A stretch of 64,000 nt of DNA from Candidatus Micrarchaeota archaeon (lineage in GTDB: Archaea > Micrarchaeota > Micrarchaeia > Micrarchaeales > CABMGC01): assembly GCA_021818995.1 (NCBI GenBank), contig JAKASP010000002.1, positions 15,689 through 79,688 on the forward strand, given 5' to 3'. A program made the position numbers and the translations under genes. Within the stretch, counting starts at the first letter, position 1, and each line of letters begins with the position of its first letter. Below the pieces are notes generated by a model, which worked only from the letters and a program-made list of their open reading frames with translations, was not told the DNA's origin and did not search any database. Of this stretch, positions 26,395-34,490 are shown one piece after another.

Positions 26395-26967
26395 CTACGG
26401 GAGATGCAGCAGGATCAGGCTGCCGGCTATGACCATCATTATCAGACCCACGGCCATCTTCAGGAAGTGCTCCTCTATCCTCTCTATCAGCGGCTTGAGG
26501 AATCTCACTGCCGCAAGCGGTATGGCCCATCCGATTAGCAGGCCAAGCACGCCAGGTGCCAGCTCGCCAGTCGCAGCGCCGAGCGAGACTATGACAGTGA
26601 GTATCTCCATGCCCTCGAGCACCACTCCGGAGTAGATGCCGAGCATGCCTGCGCTTATCCTGCTCTCTTCCTCGTGCTCCTCTCCAGAGTTGGTGGATCC
26701 TTTGAAAAGGAAATAGGCTCCGATCAGGAAGATAATGGTACCGGCTGCAAGCCCAAGGAGCATCTGCGGCAGCACCGTGAAGAAGTAGTAGATTGCTGCG
26801 CCTACCGGAATCATCGTGACCAAGCCGGCCAGGGTTATCGCCCATGCCCTGCGCCACTTGTACTTCGTTGATGCGGCTACGGTGAGCATGGCGATCTCGC
26901 TGCCGCTTATGATTCCAAAACCCATGCCCGCAAGCACGATAAGCGCTGTCTGGAGATCTATGCTCAT
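26395..26967 (-). CDS. Two-repeat polytopic membrane protein (putative small cation/metal transporter)
   Basis: 190 aa in two halves, each with an acidic residue in a TM (SGSEIAML, LEGMEILTV), separated by an EEHEEE loop. Its ATG overlaps the antiporter stop (ATGA). Confidence 0.65.
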   Translation of the reverse strand: MSIDLQTALIVLAGMGFGIISGSEIAMLTVAASTKYKWRRAWAITLAGLVTMIPVGAAIYYFFTVLPQMLLGLAAGTIIFLIGAYFLFKGSTNSGEEHEEESRISAGMLGIYSGVVLEGMEILTVIVSLGAATGELAPGVLGLLIGWAIPLAAVRFLKPLIERIEEHFLKMAVGLIMMVIAGSLILLHLP

Positions 26968-28238
26968 GATGTGGCCAATTTCTTTGAGCTGGCTCTTTGA
27001 GCCTTCAAATCCTTCTTGTCGTTCTCTTCGGCGCTTGCCACCCTCTCAGACTTGATCGCGCGCCATGCTGCGAACGAGGTTATGACGTTGGTTATGAGTA
27101 TGACGAACACAACGATGCTGATGAAGTTGTTTGCGAGTGGTAGGTTGCTGGTCAGCGCCACAATCGAAAGTATCGCAGGCGTGAGACCCTGGGCGCACAT
27201 CAGCGTTATGAGCCGCCTCTTCTTGTAGAGCTCTGAGCCCTTAGTGGAGATGTTCACGGCCACGTACCTCACGCCAAGAAGTATTGCCACGAAAAGCACC
27301 CCGGCCGAGAGGTTGAAGATTATGGCCGAGGGCTCGATTAGGAAGGTTAGGCCCAGGAAGACGAAGAAGAAGGTCTCGAGAAGGAAGGATATCTCGTCCT
27401 GGAAGCCCCTGAGCTGGTTCTCCAAATCCGCTATCTTAAGCTCCTTCTTCACCCATGACCCTACGCTCTTGTAGTTTCCTAGCATTATCCCGAACACGAG
27501 CACGGCCATCAGGCCGCTTCCGCCCGCAAATTGCGCTACCACATAGGTGGTGAGCAGCAGAGCAAGCGTGAAGACGTAGGTGTAGCGGTAGTTCCTGAGA
27601 TAGTTGAGTGCGAGAAGCCATGCTATCGAGAGGGCGAAGCCCAGTATGACCCCAACCGAGATGTTTGAGGCGAGCGTGGCCGCTGCCCCGTTGAACGATG
27701 ACGATCCTGTCTGGTAGATGCTGAGGAAGACGAAGAAGAGCACGACCGAGAATATTGAGTTCATAACCGATTCGAGGCTTAGGAAGGTGACAAGCTTGTT
27801 GTCGTTGGTCAGCATCTTCGATACGCGCATCATTATCGGTGCGGTGGTTTCGCCGCCTATTATGGACCCGAAGATCAGCGCCTCTATGGCATCCCATCCG
27901 AATACTAGGTGCGCGACCGCGGCTATAGCCAGCATGCTCACGAAGACGTAGAGCGCGACCTGGAGAAGCGTGCGGCTACTGCCGCTTATCACGTCCTTTA
28001 TGCCCATCTGCATGCCGTTGTAGAACAGCACCATCATCAGCGTAAATTGGGAGAAGATGCCAAGCACAGGTATGAACGCGTCACGCGAGACAAGGCCCAG
28101 GATCGGGCCCATGATCATGCCTATGAAGATCAGGAACAGGAAGTAGGGTATGCCGGTCTTCCTGAAGAATATCTCGGCCCCGAAACCGAAGAAGATTATG
28201 CCCGCTATCAGCAGGAACGCCAGGGTCACGTCTATCAT
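26964..28238 (-). CDS. Na+/H+ (CPA1-type) cation:proton antiporter
   Basis: 424 aa, 11-12 TM segments, with a typical Na_H_exchanger N-terminus (GIIFFGFGAEIFFRKTGIPYFLFLIFIGMIMGP). Confidence 0.9.
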   Translation of the reverse strand: MIDVTLAFLLIAGIIFFGFGAEIFFRKTGIPYFLFLIFIGMIMGPILGLVSRDAFIPVLGIFSQFTLMMVLFYNGMQMGIKDVISGSSRTLLQVALYVFVSMLAIAAVAHLVFGWDAIEALIFGSIIGGETTAPIMMRVSKMLTNDNKLVTFLSLESVMNSIFSVVLFFVFLSIYQTGSSSFNGAAATLASNISVGVILGFALSIAWLLALNYLRNYRYTYVFTLALLLTTYVVAQFAGGSGLMAVLVFGIMLGNYKSVGSWVKKELKIADLENQLRGFQDEISFLLETFFFVFLGLTFLIEPSAIIFNLSAGVLFVAILLGVRYVAVNISTKGSELYKKRRLITLMCAQGLTPAILSIVALTSNLPLANNFISIVVFVILITNVITSFAAWRAIKSERVASAEENDKKDLKAQRASSKKLATS

Positions 28239-28255
28239 TGAAACTCCCTCTTCCC

Positions 28256-28294
28256 GTTAACTTCAGGCCGCATATCCCATCATCATCCGTTAAC
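28256..28294 (-). promoter_or_regulatory. Candidate K-turn/K-loop (box C/D-like) hairpin in the antiporter leader
   Basis: The minus strand reads GUUAAC-GG-AUGAUGA-N13-CUGA-A-GUUAAC. The palindromic GUUAAC arms can pair, and an SD-like GAGGGAG and the ATG follow within 18 nt. Confidence 0.35.
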
Positions 28295-28337
28295 ACTTTT
28301 AAGCGTTGCTGAAACAGGCAATAATGCTCTGAAGTTG

Positions 28338-29405
28338 CTAAACGTTGCCTGGCACGTACACATCCCCGCTGCCGTTCACGAATATCGTGTACGAGGAGCC
28401 CACGAAGCCGGCGCCGGAACTGTCGTTCAGCCAGACATCTACTGTGTACTCGCCCGGGCCGTTCTTGCTTATCGTGCTGCGCATGTTGAACGCGACGTTG
28501 AATCCGTTGCCGTTCGTACTGTACTGGTCAGCGACTATGGTCTGGATGTTGGAGTAGTAGTAGAGCGGGCTGCTGACGATCCCGGCCACAGTAGTGCCCG
28601 ATGAGTATGATGAGGTATTGTCCAGCTGCGCCCTTGTCATGTTCTGCGCAGGCTGGTCGTAGTTTATCTGTATGGACGAGAGCGTGTAGCCTCCTGGAAG
28701 CGTGCCAACCGCGTACATCTCGTCGTTCGAGGGATTGATGCCGTAGTTGCTCCAGCTCACGTAGTCGTTTATGAAGTCCTCGGTGAAGTACACGCTGCTT
28801 GCGTTGTAAGCTATGCCTATGCTCACCTGGTTGTGCTGAGGCGTGAGTATGTTCTCCCTGTGCCCGTTGTTGCAGCACGCACTGTCGTTGTACATCATCT
28901 CGTACTCCATCTGCTGCAGCGCCTGCTTCACGTTTATGTTGCCCGTGCATCCGAATATGCCGCATGTGGCGCTCTCCCTGAACGCTATGTTCTCCTGCAC
29001 CGCCCCTTTGCCCCCGACCAGGGTGTAGCGCATGTAGGGCTTCATCCCGTACGGATCCCAGTGGCTGAAGTAATCGCCGACTAGCATGCTGTCGGAGTGC
29101 TGCTGTCCCGATGGCTCGTTCGAGAGCGTGACGTTTCCCAGCCCGTACTTCTGCCTGTCGGAGTTTATGAGGCTGAGCGCGTACGCGTCGAGCTGGGCGC
29201 TGGTCTGGGAGGTGTTGACCTGGGCAGTTGTTGTCAGGAGTGTGCCGTTTGCGGGCAGAACAGTGGAAGTTAGGTTGAGGAACGATGAGAGCGGGTTGTT
29301 CTGGTTCAGCACGACGTGCGTGTAAGATTCGTAGGCGAGGCCGGCGAGCAGTAGCACTATGGCTATCGTTATCACGTTTGTTATGGTACTCGCGGCGCTG
29401 CCCAT
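28338..29405 (-). CDS. Membrane-anchored CAP/SCP (PR-1/YkwD-like) domain glycoprotein
   Basis: N-terminal TM, CAP-like core (DYFSHWDPYG ... NGHRENIL), several Cys, many NxS/T sequons, and a beta-rich C-terminal domain. Confidence 0.8.
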   Translation of the reverse strand: MGSAASTITNVITIAIVLLLAGLAYESYTHVVLNQNNPLSSFLNLTSTVLPANGTLLTTTAQVNTSQTSAQLDAYALSLINSDRQKYGLGNVTLSNEPSGQQHSDSMLVGDYFSHWDPYGMKPYMRYTLVGGKGAVQENIAFRESATCGIFGCTGNINVKQALQQMEYEMMYNDSACCNNGHRENILTPQHNQVSIGIAYNASSVYFTEDFINDYVSWSNYGINPSNDEMYAVGTLPGGYTLSSIQINYDQPAQNMTRAQLDNTSSYSSGTTVAGIVSSPLYYYSNIQTIVADQYSTNGNGFNVAFNMRSTISKNGPGEYTVDVWLNDSSGAGFVGSSYTIFVNGSGDVYVPGNV

Positions 29406-29464
29406 CCTCTCATTTCATGCAAACAATCTATAAGAAGCTATTGAAACAGTGAGGAAAAGCAGGA

Positions 29465-29701
29465 TAGTGGTGTGCCGTAGCCCCTCTTCTGTTTTAGGTG
29501 GCATTCGACTAAGCGGCGTTTGCCTTGCACGCCCACTGCATGCCCCTCGGCCGTTTCAAGCACATATGCACGCTCGTCGTGTCATCGCTTGTGTACACTT
29601 GCGCTGCGTTTCTTTTCCGATTCGGGCCTTAAGCCCACTGCATGCGTCGCGTGGAGGGAGCTTCCTCGGTCGTAAGACCGTAAGCCACCCGCACACCACT
29701 A
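29465..29701 (-). ncRNA. rnpB: RNase P RNA (compact)
   Basis: P1 AGUGGUGUGC/GCACACCACU; P2 GGUGGC/GCCACC; P3 hairpin CGGUC-UUAC-GACCG. CR-I-like GAGGAAGCUCC pairs (AGCUCC/GGGGCU) with the CR-V-like AAAACAGAAGAGGGGCUAC. A CR-IV-like UAGUCGAAUG is also present. Confidence 0.75.
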
Positions 29702-29722
29702 ATAGCTTTTTATTATCTGTGG

Positions 29723-29730
29723 TTTATAAG
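29723..29730 (-). promoter_or_regulatory. TATA-like box (CTTATAAA on the minus strand) upstream of RNase P RNA
   Basis: It lies about 23-30 nt upstream of the predicted P1 5' end (about 29701). Confidence 0.45.
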
Positions 29731-29746
29731 GGTATCTGGAGGTTGA

Positions 29747-30028
29747 ATGGCAATAACAATATTCGGGACAGCGCTTTCTGGTATCTGGCTCCTGCTCGCT
29801 GCGGCTCTGGCCATTTTCATAGTCTGGAAAGCGGGGAAGCTTGTGTTCAAGATAATCTTCGGCGTAATATCAAACACGATACTCGGATTCGTGACCCTCT
29901 TCCTTGCCAACGTGTTCTTCGGCATCACGATACCGTTCAGCACTCCAGTGATCATCTCTACTGCGATATTCGGGCTCGGCGGGGTAGGCACGATAATAAT
30001 ACTGCAGTTCTTCGGGATCGTGGTCTGA
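29747..30028 (+). CDS. BofA-like small membrane protein (pro-sigmaK processing inhibitor family)
   Basis: 93 aa. KAGKLVFKIIFGVISNTILGFVTLFLANVFFGITIPFSTPVIISTAIFGLGGVGTIIILQFF aligns by eye with B. subtilis BofA. GGAGGT SD precedes the ATG. Confidence 0.65.
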   Translation: MAITIFGTALSGIWLLLAAALAIFIVWKAGKLVFKIIFGVISNTILGFVTLFLANVFFGITIPFSTPVIISTAIFGLGGVGTIIILQFFGIVV

Positions 30029-30229
30029 CTATCGCGCGAGCTCGACATCTGCCTTCTTGACGGTCTTCCTTCTGGCATGCTTGGCCAGCTTGACCGCCTT
30101 CTTTGCTATCGAGTAGGCGTAGGCGTTGAGCGTCTCCGCGAGCTCTGTTGCGGCGCTGTCGCTTATCCTGTCCCCGCCGACGCTCTTCAGTATCTTCTTA
30201 GCAGTCATCTTAGAAATCGACATGCACAA
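30029..30229 (-). CDS. Archaeal histone (HMf family)
   Basis: 66 aa. GGDRISDSAATELAETLNAYAYSIAKKAVKLAKHARRKTVKKADVELA matches the histone fold. Confidence 0.9.
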   Translation of the reverse strand: MCMSISKMTAKKILKSVGGDRISDSAATELAETLNAYAYSIAKKAVKLAKHARRKTVKKADVELAR

Positions 30230-30262
30230 TTATTAAAATAAGAAAGCTTAAAACGATATTCA

Positions 30263-30718
30263 ATGCAGATAAGGGAGCTCGAAGAGGCTGATTTCGATAG
30301 CCTGAGCGAGCTGATCCTGAAGGTCTACGATGAGATGCCGTACGCTACGACCTTCGAGAAGAGGCCTAGCGCCGAGACGCTTTCCGCGCTGATGCGCAGG
30401 AAGCTCGAGGGGATGAGGAACAGGACCCTTGCAGATTTCGTTGCTGTGGAGGGCGGCAAGGTAGTGGCGGACTGCGAGATCGTGAAGACTACAGACAGCG
30501 GCGGGCTGGTGGGCATACTTGTTGCCAGGGACCACAGGAAGAAGGGGCTCGGCAGGCGACTGGTCGAGAAGTGCGCAGACAGGGCAAAGCTCTACAAGAT
30601 GCTCGAGGTGTATGCAGAGATAGACGAGCGCAACGATGGCGCCGCTGCCTTCTTCTCGAGATGCGGGTTCAGGGAGCAGGAAGGAGAGGATTCGCTCGTT
30701 ATGGTAAGGAGCCTATGA
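30263..30718 (+). CDS. GNAT N-acetyltransferase
   Basis: The VARDHRKKGLGRRLVEKC motif is the acetyl-CoA binding Q/RxxGxG/A. 151 aa. Confidence 0.85.
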   Translation: MQIRELEEADFDSLSELILKVYDEMPYATTFEKRPSAETLSALMRRKLEGMRNRTLADFVAVEGGKVVADCEIVKTTDSGGLVGILVARDHRKKGLGRRLVEKCADRAKLYKMLEVYAEIDERNDGAAAFFSRCGFREQEGEDSLVMVRSL

Positions 30719-31336
30719 ACTGGAGGCGTTGTACGACGCCAGCAGCGTGCCGTTGAGCTGCGAGAGAAGCGCGTACACGGAGTAGTTCTTGCTTGGCGAA
30801 GTGTAGCTCACGAGCCACACGTTCGTGTAGTTCTTGCCAAGAACGTTCGTGGAACCGAAGAAGTGCGCTGCTGCATTCACGTTCGAGAAGCCGGAGCTGT
30901 CTATGAAGCCCACCATGTTCGGTATGCCCAGGGTGTAGACGCGTGTTATGGCTACAGGGAACGAGGAGATTATGAACGGCGCGTTCTTGTTGAACCCGTA
31001 TATCACGCAGTTGTTCGTGTAGGTGTTGTCCACTCTATAAACGAAGCCGAACTGCGGGTAGTCGAACGTGTAGACGAAGTACGATGGACAAGCAGAGGTG
31101 GAGTTGAGTATTACAGATGTGACGATGTGCCAGCTCCCGGAATAGTTGGAAGGCGTGTTGTTCGTCACGTTTATCAGAGCGCCAGGATAGAGTCGCTGGA
31201 GGTCAGAGGTCACAAGCGCGGCGGCCTGCTGCTGCGTCACGTGCTGAAAGACGCTGTTCTGGAGCGCGTAGTACACGCCGAAAAGGATCACGATAACGAC
31301 TACCGCTCCGACAATTGCGCGCACCAGCAGATCCAT
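30713..31336 (-). CDS. N-terminally anchored secreted glycoprotein, unknown function
   Basis: N-terminal TM (AIVGAVVVIVILFGVYYAL), many NxS/T sequons, 2 Cys. Confidence 0.65.
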   Translation of the reverse strand: MDLLVRAIVGAVVVIVILFGVYYALQNSVFQHVTQQQAAALVTSDLQRLYPGALINVTNNTPSNYSGSWHIVTSVILNSTSACPSYFVYTFDYPQFGFVYRVDNTYTNNCVIYGFNKNAPFIISSFPVAITRVYTLGIPNMVGFIDSSGFSNVNAAAHFFGSTNVLGKNYTNVWLVSYTSPSKNYSVYALLSQLNGTLLASYNASSS

Positions 31337-31372
31337 GTTCTAAGATAAAACGAGCACAATATAAAATGTTTG

Positions 31373-32527
31373 CTAGCCGGCTACACTCGACATCGAGAGG
31401 CTCTTGCTCACTACTTTCGCAATCCCTATCTTCTTAAGCAGCCTCTTCATCTCATCGGGTTCGGTGGCAGTCTTAGGGTTTCTCGCGTTTATGGAGCAGA
31501 CGTCCTTGTATGGCTTGATCGAATCCTCGTAAGTGCCTATCCTCTTTGCAATTGCGATTATCTCCTCCTTGTCCAAGCCTATGAGCGGCCTGAGTATCGG
31601 TGCGGTAACGCCCTGCTGCTCCGCTGCAAGGTTGCTGGAGGTCTGCGACGCCACCTGGCCCAGGCTCTCGCCAGTCACTATCAGCTGCGCGCCCTCTTTC
31701 CTAGCAACTTTCTCGGCCAGCCTGAGCATGAACGCCTTAAGCAGCACAAGCTCGTATTTTCCGAATCTCGTCGAGTTCGCCTGGAAGACATACGATGGGA
31801 TGAAATACGCCTTGCTGCCGCGATGGAACCCCGAGAGCGTGCCCATTATCTTTGATACCTTCCCTCTTTCCGCTTCCGCGTTCTCCCTGAACGCATGAAC
31901 GTGCAGGTATATGGGCACAAGCCCGCGCTTCATCGCATACCAAGCGGCCACCGGGGAGTCTATGCCTCCGGAGAGCAGCACCACGGCCTTTCCGGAACTG
32001 CCGACTGGCAGCCCGCCTGCGCCTTTCTCCCTTTTGAGTGTCAGGAAAGCCGCGTCCCTAGTAACGCTTATGCTGAGCTCGCGTTCGTAGTCCTTCACCT
32101 TTGGCTCTATGCCCAAACCTTCTGCGGTATTCTTGAGTTTGTCGACCACATCAATGGAGGTGAACGGGAGCTGCTTGTACGACCTGTGGGAGTTTATCCT
32201 TATGCTCTTCGGCCTGGGCTTCGCTGACAGCATCCTCTTCGCCGTTGAGACTATGCTCTTTAGCTCTGGCTTCGCCACGATCGAGAGCTCGAAGACGCTT
32301 ATGCCGAAGACCTTCCCAAGCCTGTGGCTTATGCTCTCGAAGCTCGATCCCTTGCCCGGCCTCAGGATAAGCCTGTCGAAGTTCCTCTGCAGGTCGAACC
32401 TCGCGCCTGCGAGCTGCTCCTTTATGTTCTGCTCCAACAAGCGTATGTAATAGTTCCTGTTCCCGCCCTTCAGCCAGAGCTCGCCGAAATGGACAACGAT
32501 GAGCTCCTCGCCCTGCTTGAACTCCAT
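31373..32527 (-). CDS. thiI: tRNA 4-thiouridine synthase ThiI (THUMP plus PP-loop)
   Basis: SGGIDSPVAAWY PP-loop and an N-terminal ferredoxin-like/THUMP region. ATG at 32527 gives MEFKQGEELIVVHFGELWLKG. Confidence 0.9.
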   Translation of the reverse strand: MEFKQGEELIVVHFGELWLKGGNRNYYIRLLEQNIKEQLAGARFDLQRNFDRLILRPGKGSSFESISHRLGKVFGISVFELSIVAKPELKSIVSTAKRMLSAKPRPKSIRINSHRSYKQLPFTSIDVVDKLKNTAEGLGIEPKVKDYERELSISVTRDAAFLTLKREKGAGGLPVGSSGKAVVLLSGGIDSPVAAWYAMKRGLVPIYLHVHAFRENAEAERGKVSKIMGTLSGFHRGSKAYFIPSYVFQANSTRFGKYELVLLKAFMLRLAEKVARKEGAQLIVTGESLGQVASQTSSNLAAEQQGVTAPILRPLIGLDKEEIIAIAKRIGTYEDSIKPYKDVCSINARNPKTATEPDEMKRLLKKIGIAKVVSKSLSMSSVAG

Positions 32528-32540
32528 AAATAGCAACAGG

Positions 32541-32717
32541 CTACTTCTTCGCCTGCTTCTCAAGTTCCTTGATCTCCTTAGTGCGCTGCTTCTTGTGCTG
32601 CACCGCATCGAACTCGTAGCAGCGATCCGAGCAATAATACTTTATAGCGCCGGTCTTCCTGACGTACATTATGCCCGTCCCTTTTTCTATCTCCCTTGTG
32701 CAGTACGAGCATTTCAT
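32541..32717 (-). CDS. rpl24e: Ribosomal protein eL24
   Basis: Hand translation gives [58 protein letters not shown] (58 aa, zinc-ribbon CxxC...CxxxC). It is below the ORF-track cutoff. Confidence 0.9.
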   Translation of the reverse strand: MKCSYCTREIEKGTGIMYVRKTGAIKYYCSDRCYEFDAVQHKKQRTKEIKELEKQAKK

Positions 32718-32721
32718 GTGA

Positions 32722-32952
32722 TCACTTCACGTTTATCGGCTTGTCCTCTCTGCTCGTATCCCCGAGCCTTATCATGTCGCCGACCTTGGCCTTGCCGCTT
32801 ATGTTCCTCCTTATGACCCTGCCCTTGTCCTTGCCCTCCATTATCTTGCACATTACCTGTATGATAGAGCCGAACATGCCGGTCTTTCTGGGTTGTATCT
32901 CCACTATCTCAGCAAGATAGCCGTCGTACTGTTTTGGCTGCTCGTCTGCCAT
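32722..32952 (-). CDS. rps28e: Ribosomal protein eS28
   Basis: 76 aa. [40 protein letters not shown]. Confidence 0.95.
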   Translation of the reverse strand: MADEQPKQYDGYLAEIVEIQPRKTGMFGSIIQVMCKIMEGKDKGRVIRRNISGKAKVGDMIRLGDTSREDKPINVK

Positions 32953-32967
32953 TCTAACATCCTAAGC

Positions 32968-33474
32968 CTATTGCGCTGGAGCCGCCTCGGGCTTTGGCGC
33001 TTCCTGCTTTGGCGCCTCTGGCTTTGGTTCCTTCTTCGGGGCCGCCTTCTTCGGTGCCGCTGGCTTCGGCGCCTCTGTCTTAGGTGCAGCCTCCTGCTTC
33101 GTAGCACTGCCCATCTTTCCTGAAGCCCAGTTCGCCACTTCCTTAAGCTGCGACTGGCCCTCTCCCGCCTTCTCTATCGCTGCGGCAGCGCACGGCACGC
33201 CGAGTCCGGCCGCCTTGCCCAGGTCAAGCTTCGCTGGAACGAACACAAACGGGATCTTCTTCTGCTCACAAATCGTCGGGATGTGCATAACCACTTCCTC
33301 CGGTTCGACGTCCCCGGCTATGACTACAAGCGCCGCGATTCCTCGCTCTACGCTCTTGGTCACTTCGTTGACCCCCTTCCTGACCGATCCGCTCTGCTTT
33401 GCAAGTCGCAGGGCTTCAAGGCTCTTGTCTGCTATCTCCTTTGGTACTTCGAACTTCGCGTATGTTTTTGCCAT
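32968..33474 (-). CDS. rpl7ae: Ribosomal protein L7Ae with a K/P/A/E-rich C-terminal tail
   Basis: Core KGVNEVTKSVERGIAALVVIAGDVEPEEVVMHIP. A GAGGTG SD precedes the ATG. 168 aa, against a core of about 120 aa. Confidence 0.95.
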   Translation of the reverse strand: MAKTYAKFEVPKEIADKSLEALRLAKQSGSVRKGVNEVTKSVERGIAALVVIAGDVEPEEVVMHIPTICEQKKIPFVFVPAKLDLGKAAGLGVPCAAAAIEKAGEGQSQLKEVANWASGKMGSATKQEAAPKTEAPKPAAPKKAAPKKEPKPEAPKQEAPKPEAAPAQ

Positions 33475-33570
33475 ATAGACACCTCATCTCATTGGTGCAA
33501 CAGAATCAGCACCGACAGCGAGCCCTCTGGGTTCGCTAACATTATGTATTGGCTGAAAGGCTTTTTAACC

Positions 33571-34431
33571 CTATCTAAGGTAGCTCATCAGTTCGAATAT
33601 TGCGCCTTCGCGCTCCGACACCTTCTCTCGGAAATCTCCCCTGAGCTTCAGCATGAGGTTCTCATAGGATCCGCCCGCAGTCTGCTCAACGCTTGAAAGC
33701 TCAACCCTTTCGTTCTCGCTCTTTATCGCGACCACGTCGATTATGTCCTTGCCTAGGGCGAATGCGGCGCCAAGGTCGAAGAGGCTTCCGCTGCTGCCCG
33801 TCCAGAAGATGTAGACGCCTGCGGCTTCCATCGTGCTTTTGAGATTCTGCCTGATTATGTTTATCCCGCCCTCCGGATCAACCTGCTCGGTCTGCTCGCC
33901 AGGATAGTATGCGTTGCCGCCGAGCCTCTCTGCATTCTTTTTATGCAGAGAGAGCCTCTCAACGATCTCCTTGGGAGCTCCCCTTACAGGGCATATCATG
34001 AACTCCGACCTATCATCGATGAAGCCCTTGGTGTTGTTCTCCACCCCATCCGGGAGTGCGGTCTTTCCGCCCGCGAGATCGAGGAGTACGTTGCCATGAG
34101 ACTTTCCTGAAACCCTCTCGACTTTGTTATCTATAACTATCTTTTTACCCAGCGCGACTGCCATGCCGAACTCAAAGAGAAGATCCGGGTCTGGGTACTT
34201 CCAAACGAAGTGCACCACATCCGCTTTCTTCATCGCCTCGAGGTCGCGGTAGAATTCTGGTATTGCCTTGCTGGCGTCCATCTCCTTCTTGTCCTGGGGG
34301 AAGTACGCTCTCTCCTTATTTTTCTTCGCAATCTGGGTTTCCTGCTCGATCGTAGCTGCGCTTCCTCCGTTGGCATCGTCCGATCTTGGGTAGGAAAAGT
34401 ATGCTAGCTTCTGCTTCGTGAAGAATCTCAA
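33571..34431 (-). CDS. Tandem nucleoside 2-deoxyribosyltransferase-like (NDT/Rossmann-like) domain protein
   Basis: Two internal repeats end in ADVVHFVWKYPDPDLLFEFGMAVALGKKIV and AGVYIFWTGSSGSLFDLGAAFALGKDII. This is the D/SxG..FE.G.A.ALGK pattern of the NDT superfamily. Confidence 0.55.
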   Translation of the reverse strand: MRFFTKQKLAYFSYPRSDDANGGSAATIEQETQIAKKNKERAYFPQDKKEMDASKAIPEFYRDLEAMKKADVVHFVWKYPDPDLLFEFGMAVALGKKIVIDNKVERVSGKSHGNVLLDLAGGKTALPDGVENNTKGFIDDRSEFMICPVRGAPKEIVERLSLHKKNAERLGGNAYYPGEQTEQVDPEGGINIIRQNLKSTMEAAGVYIFWTGSSGSLFDLGAAFALGKDIIDVVAIKSENERVELSSVEQTAGGSYENLMLKLRGDFREKVSEREGAIFELMSYLR

Positions 34432-34490
34432 TCGATCACGAAAACAACTTTCCTAGCCGTGTATTTAACCATTTCTAGCGTTTCGTTCGG

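Noticed and set aside
29449-30060. 203-aa plus-strand ORF spanning the RNase P RNA region and the BofA-like gene.
   Set aside because: Its first half is Arg/Cys/His-rich and coincides with a structured ncRNA on the other strand. The second half is out of frame with the convincing BofA-like ORF.
33475-33570. Possible autoregulatory K-turn in the L7Ae 5' leader (hairpin GGUGC-UGAUUCUGUU-GCACC, then AAUGAGAUGAGG).
   Set aside because: There is only a CUGA and weak, non-consensus UGAUGA-like elements. I could not draw a convincing tandem G-A kink-turn, so it needs a descriptor search before being claimed.
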